From Kofleriaceae bacterium (lineage in GTDB: Bacteria; Myxococcota_A; Polyangia; Haliangiales; Haliangiaceae), in NCBI GenBank assembly GCA_046597055.1, contig JBKJLC010000288.1:1-12293 (forward strand): DNA of 12,293 nucleotides. Reading direction: 5' to 3'. A model generated the notes under the pieces. It searched no databases. It had not been told where the DNA came from and worked only from the letters and a program-made list of their open reading frames with translations. Shown here piece by piece: positions 1 to 9,668 of the stretch. Every line of letters begins with the position of its first letter. The first letter of the stretch is position 1. Both the position numbers and the translations under genes were made by a program.

Positions 1-32
1 GGCGAGCGCAAGCGAGCCCGCCGTCGAAGGGC
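1..32 (-). repeat. Inverted, partial, diverged copy of the REP-like GCCCTTCGAC-hairpin repeat (cut by window edge)
   Basis: 23-32 GTCGAAGGGC is the reverse complement of GCCCTTCGAC, which starts the copies at 70 and 165. It is preceded by an imperfect stem, GGCGAGC...GCCCGCC. Confidence 0.6.
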
Positions 33-69
33 AGCCCGTCGAAGATCACGTGCGGCACCTTGGCGCTCT

Positions 70-136
70 GCCCTTCGACACGGCGCCTTCGGCGCCGGCT
101 CAGGGCCACCGGGAAAGGTGAGCGCTTCCGATCACA
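70..136 (+). repeat. REP-like palindromic repeat, copy 1
   Basis: GCCCTTCGACA-CGGCGCC-TTC-GGCGCCG-GCTCAGGGCCACCGGGAAAGGTGAGCGC...GATCACA. Near-identical direct repeat at 165-228. Perfect 7-bp internal stem at 81-97. Confidence 0.85.
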
Positions 137-164
137 TGAAGACTTGTGATCAATCCCGAGGTCC

Positions 165-228
165 GCCCTTCGACACGGCGCTTCGCGCCGGCTCAGGGCC
201 ACCGGAAAAGGGGAGCGCCTTGATCACA
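165..228 (+). repeat. REP-like palindromic repeat, copy 2
   Basis: GCCCTTCGACA-CGGCGC-TTC-GCGCCG-GCTCAGGGCCACCGGAAAAGGGGAGCGC...GATCACA. Perfect 6-bp internal stem at 176-190. Starts 95 bp after copy 1. Confidence 0.85.
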
Positions 229-251
229 GCGATGCTGGTGCTGGGTTCCGG

Positions 252-329
252 TGCGGCTGCCCATGCGGCTGCCGATGCCGGTGCGGCTGCCGATGCCGGT
301 GCGGCTGCCGATGCGGCTGCGGCTGCGGC
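252..329. repeat. Hexamer tandem array (13 x TGCNNN) with an 18-bp higher-order unit
   Basis: Contiguous TGCGGC/TGCCCA/TGCCGA/TGCCGG units. TGCGGC-TGCCGA-TGCCGG occurs 2 2/3 times at 264-311, followed by three TGCGGC. Confidence 0.9.
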
Positions 330-352
330 TGGAGACCGAACCCGCAGCAAGG

Positions 353-709
353 TCACCACGTGATGCGGAACGCGTCGCGGATGTGCACCAGGTCGTCGCC
401 GGTGATGGCGACGACGTCGAAGCGGCACGTCGTGAACTGAGGCCTCCGCATCGCCAGGTACACGGCGGCGACGCGGGCCACCTGGCGCAGCTTGGCCGGC
501 GGGATCGCGGCGATCCCGCCGCCGAAACGCGCGTCGCGCCGGGACCGGACCTCGACGAACACGAGGGTCTCGCCATCCCGGGCGACCACATCGAGCTCGC
601 CGGCTTTGCACCGGAAGTTGCGCTCGACGATGCGGTAGCCCGCCTTCCGCAGGGCGTGCTCGGCCGCATCTTCTCCGCGCGTCCCGCGCGCCTGGCGCTC
701 TTTCGACAT
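353..709 (-). CDS. yraN: YraN family (UPF0102) PD-(D/E)XK-fold putative nuclease, 118 aa
   Basis: Family motifs GTRGEDAA, GYRIVERNFR, GELDVVA, LVFVEVRSR, RFDVVAI and HIRDAF. Usual position downstream of rplS. Confidence 0.95.
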   Translation of the reverse strand: MSKERQARGTRGEDAAEHALRKAGYRIVERNFRCKAGELDVVARDGETLVFVEVRSRRDARFGGGIAAIPPAKLRQVARVAAVYLAMRRPQFTTCRFDVVAITGDDLVHIRDAFRITW

Positions 710-727
710 CGCCCCCGCCCTACCCCA

Positions 728-745
728 CCTCGGCCGAAGCCGAGG
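728..745 (-). other. RNA hairpin with C(UUCG)G tetraloop directly after the rplS stop
   Basis: Minus strand reads TAG-CCTCGGC-TTCG-GCCGAGG, a perfect 7-bp stem. There is no U-tract, so it is not a classical intrinsic terminator. Confidence 0.75.
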
Positions 746-1243
746 CTACTTGGCGATCGCGTTCGCGGCGACCGACGCAGCGGTGGCCGCGTCCTTGGCC
801 TTCTTGCGCTTGCCACGACCCTTGAACTTCTCCTTCGCGACGCCGGAATCGGCCGCGTCCTCGGCGCCCTCGACCGGGACGACCACGGTCTGGCTGCGCT
901 CCTTGATGCGGGCCGCCTTGCCGGACAGGTCGCGCAGGTAGAACAGGCGTGCCTGGTTGACCTGGCCGCGCATGACCACGTCGATGTGGTCGATGTTCGG
1001 CGAGTTGTCCGGGAAGATACGCTCGACGCCGACGCCGTAGGAGATCTTGCGGACCGTGAACGTCGACCGCGCGCCCTTGCGAGCGCGGGCGATGCAAACG
1101 CCCTCGAACGCCTGGAGGCGGGTCTTCTCGCCTTCGCGAATCTTTGCCCAGACCTTGATCGAGTCGCCAGGCCGGAACACCGGCAAGGTGCCCTGGCGGA
1201 TGTTCGATTTTTCGATGCTGTCGAGGATGCTCTGCGCGCTCAT
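746..1243 (-). CDS. rplS: 50S ribosomal protein L19 with C-terminal extension, 165 aa
   Basis: [73 protein letters not shown] upstream. Confidence 0.98.
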   Translation of the reverse strand: MSAQSILDSIEKSNIRQGTLPVFRPGDSIKVWAKIREGEKTRLQAFEGVCIARARKGARSTFTVRKISYGVGVERIFPDNSPNIDHIDVVMRGQVNQARLFYLRDLSGKAARIKERSQTVVVPVEGAEDAADSGVAKEKFKGRGKRKKAKDAATAASVAANAIAK

Positions 1244-1352
1244 GGGTGCTGCCTCGGCCCTTCGATCACGCGGACCGAACGAACGGTCGCAATCTCAGGA
1301 CTTCTGAAACCGGTTGCTGGACGCGTGTTAGTGCCAGAAAGCCAGACGCGCG

Positions 1353-2731
<1,379 letters not shown>

Positions 2732-2735
<4 letters not shown>

Positions 2736-3280
2736 CGACGGCGAGCCGGCGCGATCGGATCTTCGGGGATGCCCTCGGGCGGCGTCACCATCACGATGCG
2801 GCGCTCGAGATCGACCTCGCCGAGGAAGGCGTCGACCACCGGGAGGAGCTTCTCCTTGCCGTCGTGGTGGATCACCAGGCGATCCTGCGGACCGAGCTCG
2901 ATGCCGACGATCTCGCCCCACGGGGTGCCGTCGGGGAGCTGGGTCTGGCAGCCGACCAGGTCGGCGAGCAGGACCTCGTCGTCGTCGAGGTCGAGGTCGT
3001 CGCGCGACACCTCGATCTTCTGGCCGCGGAGCGTGCCGGCGACGTCGCGATCGGTGATCCCGGCGAGCAGGATCAGGAACGCGCCGGGCACCGGACGGCT
3101 GCGGACGACCTCGTACTCGCGACCGCCGAGCCAGATGGCCGGCACGTCACCGAGGCAGACCGACGCCGGGTCATGGGTGATCGCGACGATCTCCCCTTTG
3201 ACGCCATGCGCCTTGGATACGTAGCCAACCTCGACGCGGTCGGAGGCCGCGGTGGTCGGAGGAATCTCGGGGTCAGGCAC
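2732..3280 (-). CDS. rimM: 16S rRNA processing protein RimM, 182 aa (GTG start; exact start uncertain)
   Basis: VGYVSKAHGVKGEI, LRGQKIEV, ADLVGC, PRC-barrel tail VDLERRIVMVTPPEGI. Canonical position between khpA and trmD. Confidence 0.95.
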
Positions 3281-3326
3281 GGGAACCGCTCGGATCGACG
3301 GGGCGTAGGCGCCCCAGGTCGGTCAG

Positions 3327-3605
3327 TTACTCGAGGATTTCGACCAGGATCCGCTTGCGCGAGCGCGGTGAGATCTGGCTGACGAGCGTACGGAGCGCAC
3401 GCGCGGTCTTGCCGCCACGGCCGATGATCTTGCCGAGATCGGTCTCGGCGACCTCGAGCTCGTAGACGCTGGCCTGGCGCTCCTCGACCAGCGCGACGTG
3501 GACCTCGTCGGCCTTGTCGACGAGATTGTGCGCGATGAAGCGGACCAGCTCGGCGATGTCGACGTTCGCCCCGGGGGGCGCGGCTCCATCGGACACGTCG
3601 CTCAC
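3327..3605 (-). CDS. khpA: KH-domain RNA-binding protein KhpA (YlqC/UPF0109), 92 aa
   Basis: LVRFIAHNLVD, ELEVAETDLGKIIGRGGKTARALRTLV (KH GxxG loop). GTG start overlaps the rpsP TGA. Confidence 0.95.
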   Translation of the reverse strand: MSDVSDGAAPPGANVDIAELVRFIAHNLVDKADEVHVALVEERQASVYELEVAETDLGKIIGRGGKTARALRTLVSQISPRSRKRILVEILE

Positions 3606-3856
3606 GCCTTGACGACGGCGGCGGCCGCGCGCTTCTGGCGGCGGACGAGGCTGGCGAGCGTGGCGGAAGGCTGAGCGCCCTGCTTGACCCAGTGCGCGAA
3701 GCGGTCGCCGTCGAGGGCGAACGCCTTGGTGCGGGGGTCGTAGGTGCCGATCAGATCGATGAAGCGACCGTCACGCGGGCGGCGCTTGTCGGCAGCGACG
3801 ATGCGATAGAACGGGCGCTTCTTCGAGCCCTGACGAGACATGCGGAGAACGACCAT
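3602..3856 (-). CDS. rpsP: 30S ribosomal protein S16, 84 aa
   Basis: MVVLRMSRQGSKKRPFYRIVAADKRRPRDGRFID, GTYDP, GAQPS. ATG at 3856 preceded by TGAGGA RBS. Confidence 0.98.
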   Translation of the reverse strand: MVVLRMSRQGSKKRPFYRIVAADKRRPRDGRFIDLIGTYDPRTKAFALDGDRFAHWVKQGAQPSATLASLVRRQKRAAAAVVKA

Positions 3857-3890
3857 GGATTCCTCAAATTCGGGAAGCGGAGAGCGGCGC

Positions 3891-3919
3891 AATCTACCGG
3901 CCGAGTTGTGGGGTGTCAA
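3891..3919 (-). promoter_or_regulatory. Sigma70-type promoter of the rpsP operon
   Basis: Minus strand TTGACA (3919-3914), 17-bp spacer, TAGATT (3896-3891). The -10 ends 34 nt upstream of the rpsP ATG. Confidence 0.8.
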
Positions 3920-3922
3920 GCG

Positions 3923-3931
3923 TGGTATACG
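3923..3931 (+). promoter_or_regulatory. Possible extended -10 element for the divergent cytochrome operon
   Basis: TG-G-TATACG lies 8 nt before ATG 3940. No Shine-Dalgarno in between and no clear -35. Confidence 0.35.
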
Positions 3932-3939
3932 ACCGACGC

Positions 3940-5624
<1,685 letters not shown>

Positions 5625-5625
<1 letters not shown>

Positions 5626-6098
5626 TGCTCGACCTGACGCGCGCCGGGCTCCGCGGGTGGGGGCGGCTCCTGCCGGTCGCGATGATGGTGATGATGCTGG
5701 TCGGGTGTGCGTCGACGTCGCGGCGCACCGCCTCGACCACCGGCACCGGGACCGGCTCGGACCCCGACCGCCAGGGCCAACCGTCGGTCCAGCGCGGCCT
5801 CGCGTCGTGGTACGCCAGCGGCACGATGACGGCGTCGGGCGAGCGCTTCGATCCGCGGGGCATGACCGCGGCCCATCGCACGTTGCCGTTCGGCAGCCGG
5901 GTCCGCGTCACTCACGAGCGCAGCGGCCGGGCCGTGATCGTGCGCATCAACGATCGCGGGCCGTTCGGCAACAAGCGCCGCATCATCGATCTCAGCAAGG
6001 GCGCCGCCGCCCGCCTCGGGATCATCGACGCCGGCGTGGCCAAGGTCCGGGTCGAGGTGATCGCGCGCCCGCCCGCACGCCGGGCGAGGCGGCGATGA
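5625..6098 (+). CDS. rlpA: RlpA-family lytic transglycosylase lipoprotein (DPBB domain only, no SPOR), ~157 aa
   Basis: Lipobox [44 protein letters not shown] and [13 protein letters not shown] 5625 (or GTG 5622) overlaps the upstream TGA. Confidence 0.93.
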
Positions 6099-7087
6099 CG
6101 CCGGTGACCGCGGCGCCGGTGGCCCGGACCGAGGACGTCCTCGACCTGCGCCAGCTCGACAAGAAGTTCGGGGCGGTCCACGCGCTGCGCGGGGTCGACG
6201 CCCACGTCGCGCGCTCGGCGCGCGTGATCGGGCTGCTCGGGCCCAACGGGGCCGGCAAGTCGACCCTGGTCAAGTGCATGCTCGGCATCGTGTCGTTCAC
6301 GGGCGAGGCCCGGGTGCTCGGGCTCGATCCGCGCACCGACGGCGCTGCGATCAGGGCCCGGGTCGGCTACATGCCCGAGAGCGACGTGTTCCTCGCCGGC
6401 ATGACCGCGGTCGAGCTGTGCACCTATGCCGCCGAGCTGTCGGGCCTGCCCCGCACCGAGGCGATGCAGCGCGCCCACGCGTCGCTCTACTACGCCGGCC
6501 TCGAGGACAAGCGCTACCAGGAGGTCGACGGCTACTCGACCGGCATGAAGCAGCGGGTCAAGCTGGCCCAGGCGCTGGTCCACGACCCCGAGCTGCTGTT
6601 CCTCGACGAGCCGACCAACGGGCTCGATCCCCGGGCCCGCGACGAGATGCTCGAGTTGATTGCCGAGCTGCCGCGCAAGCGCGGGTGCGCGATCATGGTG
6701 TCGACCCACCTGCTGACCGACGTCGACCGGGTGTGCGACACGACCATCATCATGCACCAGGGCACCGTGCGGTTCGCCGGTACCATCGAGGAGCTGCGCG
6801 CGCGGGGCTTGTCGGGGCTGGAGCTGGTGATCGAGGTCAAGGACCGCGCCGAGGTGCTCGCGGTGGCGTTGCGGGCGCGCGGGGCGACCGCAGTGGTGAC
6901 CTCGCCGGTCGCCCTGCGGCTGACCTCGGTCGCGGCGCTCACGCCGCGCGCGGTGCTCGTGATCGCGCAGGCGGCCGGCGTGCAGGTGCGGACCATCGAG
7001 CCGCACCGCGAATCGATGGAGCAGGCGTTCCTGCGGGTGGTCGGCGAGGCCGACGGCGCGATCGCCGCCCAGGGAGCGCGCGCGTGA
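6095..7087 (+). CDS. ABC transporter ATP-binding protein (ABC-2/multidrug-export type), 330 aa
   Basis: Walker A GPNGAGKS, signature YSTGMKQR, Walker [10 protein letters not shown]-loop VSTH. ATGA overlap with rlpA. Confidence 0.95.
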   Translation: MTPVTAAPVARTEDVLDLRQLDKKFGAVHALRGVDAHVARSARVIGLLGPNGAGKSTLVKCMLGIVSFTGEARVLGLDPRTDGAAIRARVGYMPESDVFLAGMTAVELCTYAAELSGLPRTEAMQRAHASLYYAGLEDKRYQEVDGYSTGMKQRVKLAQALVHDPELLFLDEPTNGLDPRARDEMLELIAELPRKRGCAIMVSTHLLTDVDRVCDTTIIMHQGTVRFAGTIEELRARGLSGLELVIEVKDRAEVLAVALRARGATAVVTSPVALRLTSVAALTPRAVLVIAQAAGVQVRTIEPHRESMEQAFLRVVGEADGAIAAQGARA

Positions 7088-8013
7088 CCGCCGGCGCCAC
7101 GCCGCCCGCCGCGCCGGCCCGGCCCGCCGCCGGGGCGATCTACGATCTCGGCTACGCGCGCTACGCCGGCGACCGGCAGTCGCCGGCCAAGCTGTGGCGG
7201 GTGATCATGCGCCAGCAGCTCACCCACAGCTGGAAGACGATCTGGCGGTTCAAGCTATGGATGTTCGTCGCGATCGTCACGACGGTCGTGTGCGGCGCGT
7301 TCATGTATCTGCGCCGGACCGAGACGGTGCAGGCCTTCGCCGGGGCCGGCGCGCCGGTGCAGATCCTCGACGAGGTCCTGTTCTGGGGCTTCCGCGTGTA
7401 CCTCTTCTGCGGGTTCGTCGTGACGATGACGGTCGCGGCCTCGCTGGTCGCACGCGATCAAGAGACCGGCGCGTTCACGTTCTACTTCGCGCGACCGGTG
7501 CGCGCGCGCGACTACGTGGTCGGCAAGCTGGCCGCGGTCGCGCTCCTGATGAGCACGATCTTCCTGGCCGGGCCGCTCGCGCTCGCCGGCCTGCGGCTGG
7601 CGCTGGCCCAGGACACCGCCGATCTGATGGCGCTGCTCGACTGGCTGCCGAAGATCGCCGTGGTCGGCGTGCTGGCCACCGCGACGTTCACCGCGCTGCC
7701 GCTGGCGGTGTCCTCGCTGGCCCCGCGCCGGACCCTCGCGCTCGGCCTGTGGGCCGCGTACTACGTCATGTTCACGACGATGGTCGCCGGCATCGGGATG
7801 CTCACGTGGAAGCCGCTGGTGGCGGTGGATCCGGCCATCGCGGTGCTGTCGCTGCTGATCGGGCTGCTCGACTTCCGGTTCGCGGGGTACGAGCCCATCG
7901 CGCCGACCTGGGCGGCGGTGGTGAGCCTGGTCGGCCAGTCGCTGATCGCGATCGCGATCTTCTACCGCCGGATCGAAGCCCAGTCGCTCGGCTCGGTCGG
8001 AGGCAGCTCGTGA
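7084..8013 (+). CDS. ABC-2-type transporter permease, 309 aa
   Basis: N-terminal IYDLGYARYAG, about 6 hydrophobic helices, and the loop VARDQETGAFTFYFARPVRARDYVVGKL. GTGA overlap with the upstream ATPase. Confidence 0.9.
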   Translation: MTAGATPPAAPARPAAGAIYDLGYARYAGDRQSPAKLWRVIMRQQLTHSWKTIWRFKLWMFVAIVTTVVCGAFMYLRRTETVQAFAGAGAPVQILDEVLFWGFRVYLFCGFVVTMTVAASLVARDQETGAFTFYFARPVRARDYVVGKLAAVALLMSTIFLAGPLALAGLRLALAQDTADLMALLDWLPKIAVVGVLATATFTALPLAVSSLAPRRTLALGLWAAYYVMFTTMVAGIGMLTWKPLVAVDPAIAVLSLLIGLLDFRFAGYEPIAPTWAAVVSLVGQSLIAIAIFYRRIEAQSLGSVGGSS

Positions 8014-8951
8014 CCGCGCCGGTGGTGCGGGTCGAGCGGTGCTCGAAGTGGTACGGCCACGTGCTCGGCGTGTCGGACGTGACCTGGACCCTGCCGGGCG
8101 GCGTGATCGGCCTGCTCGGGCCCAACGGCGCCGGCAAGTCGACCTTGATGAAGCTGATGGCCGGCCTGATGGTGCCGAGCCGCGGCACCGTCGAGGTCCT
8201 CGGTGGCCAGCCGTTCGCCGACCCGGCGGTGCGGCGGCGCATCGGCTACAGCCCCGAGCACGAGAGCACCTACGACGAGCTGACCGCGCGCGAGCTGGTG
8301 ACCGCGCTGGCTCACCTGGCCGGCGTGCCGCGCCACGAGGCGCCGGCCGCGGCGGTGCGCGCGCTGGCCGTGATGGGCATGACCCACGCGATCGATCGCC
8401 GGGTCAAGGGCTTCTCGAAGGGCATGCGGCAGCGGACCAAGCTGGCGGCGACCCTGGCCCACGATCCCGATCTGCTGATCCTCGACGAGCCGTTGACCGG
8501 CGTCGACCCGCTGGCGCGCGCGGACATCATCGACAAGCTGAAGAAGCTGGCCGAGCTCGGCAAGACCATCGTGGTGTCGTCGCACGTGCTCTACGAGATC
8601 GAGGCGCTCACCACCGACATCGTCGTGATCTACCGGGGCCAGGTGCTGGCCGAAGGCAACATCTACGAGATCCGGCGGCTGATCGATCGCCATCCCCATC
8701 GCATCCGCATCGAGTGCGACCGCCCCCGCGAGCTGGCGGCCGCGGTCGCCGGCGCCGAGCACGTGGTGCGGCTGGCGATCGAGCGCAGCGCGGTCGTGGT
8801 CGAGACCAGCGATCCTGACCGCTGCTACGACGACCTCGCGCGTGCGGTGGTCGAGCGCGACCTCGAGCTGCGCAGCATGACCTCACCCGACAACAACCTG
8901 GGCGCGGTGTTCGAGTACCTCACTGGCGGCAGCCGCGCGGGAGACGCGTGA
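8010..8951 (+). CDS. Second ABC transporter ATP-binding protein, 313 aa
   Basis: Walker A GPNGAGKS, signature FSKGMRQR, Walker B LLILDEP, H-loop VSSH. GTGA overlap. Confidence 0.95.
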   Translation: MTAPVVRVERCSKWYGHVLGVSDVTWTLPGGVIGLLGPNGAGKSTLMKLMAGLMVPSRGTVEVLGGQPFADPAVRRRIGYSPEHESTYDELTARELVTALAHLAGVPRHEAPAAAVRALAVMGMTHAIDRRVKGFSKGMRQRTKLAATLAHDPDLLILDEPLTGVDPLARADIIDKLKKLAELGKTIVVSSHVLYEIEALTTDIVVIYRGQVLAEGNIYEIRRLIDRHPHRIRIECDRPRELAAAVAGAEHVVRLAIERSAVVVETSDPDRCYDDLARAVVERDLELRSMTSPDNNLGAVFEYLTGGSRAGDA

Positions 8952-9661
8952 TGAGCGCGCGGGGCCTGACCGGCGGCCAGGCGACGCGGGCCCTGGCCGC
9001 GCTGGCGGTGACCCGGGCGCTGCGCGGCAAGGCGGTGTGGGTGGCCACGGCGCTGCTGCTCCTGCCGGTCGTGATCGCCGGGGTCCAGGTCGGGCTCGGC
9101 CACGAGCCCACCGACATCTGGCGGGCGGTCTTCCGGACCACCATGCTGATCCTGCCGATCGTGCCGTCGATCCTGATCGCGTCGTCGCTCGCCGACGAGC
9201 TGGAGGACAAGACCGCGGCCTACCTGTGGTCGCGGGCGCTGCCGCGGTGGACGATCGTCGCCGGCAAGCTGGTCGGGCTGGCGCCGATCACGGCGGTGGT
9301 CATGGTCCTCGGCGCGACCGTGAGCTGGATCATCGTCGGCGGCCCGTCGGGCGTGCCGGTCGAGACCTACCTGCGCGGGGTGGCCGGCCTCACCGCCGGC
9401 GCGGTCGCCAGCGGCACCATCGCGGCGATGTGGGCCACGCTGGTGCCACGTCACGCGGTCGCGGCCTCGATCGTCTGGCTGCTGTTCGTCGACTTCCCGC
9501 TCGGCGGCCTGCCGATCAACCTGCAGTACATCTCGGCCTCGTTCAGCACCCTCGCGATCGCGGGCTTCGAGGGCACGCTGGTCGGTGGCCTGGCGGCCTT
9601 CGTCGGGATCGTCGCGGTCACGACCACCGTCGCGATCTGGCGCATCGGCCGCATGGAGTAG
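8948..9661 (+). CDS. Second ABC-2-type permease, 237 aa (GTG 8948 or ATG 8951)
   Basis: About 6 hydrophobic segments and the loop LADELEDKTAAYLWSRALPRWTIVAGKL. GGAG RBS, overlaps the upstream stop. Confidence 0.9.
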   Translation: MMSARGLTGGQATRALAALAVTRALRGKAVWVATALLLLPVVIAGVQVGLGHEPTDIWRAVFRTTMLILPIVPSILIASSLADELEDKTAAYLWSRALPRWTIVAGKLVGLAPITAVVMVLGATVSWIIVGGPSGVPVETYLRGVAGLTAGAVASGTIAAMWATLVPRHAVAASIVWLLFVDFPLGGLPINLQYISASFSTLAIAGFEGTLVGGLAAFVGIVAVTTTVAIWRIGRME

Positions 9662-9668
9662 CAGCGCG

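Noticed and set aside
70..330. CRISPR array
   Set aside because: Only two full ~65-bp repeats with a 28-nt gap plus an inverted copy. Repeat length and orientation are wrong, and there are no cas genes in the window.
118..363. 81-aa Ala-rich ORF on + strand
   Set aside because: It is open only because it runs through the REP-like and hexamer repeats, and has no recognisable motif.
353..709. YraN as part of a defence or restriction system
   Set aside because: It sits in a conserved housekeeping context, with no DNA methylase, helicase or other defence gene in the window.
2736..2921. N-terminal extensions in the ORF track (trmD 2921; also rpsP 3919, ATPases 5657 and 7194, permease 6274)
   Set aside because: They run deep into neighbouring genes or the promoter. 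Internal starts with stop/start overlaps or an RBS fit family lengths.
5680..5770. ATG-rich run and ACCGGN repeats in rlpA
   Set aside because: Explained by the Met-rich signal peptide and a TGTGTG low-complexity linker.
6095..9661. Heme-export CcmAB assignment for the ABC genes because of the nearby cytochrome
   Set aside because: The ATPases are >300 aa with an intact H-loop and accessory domains. There is no CcmC WWD motif or other ccm gene in the window.
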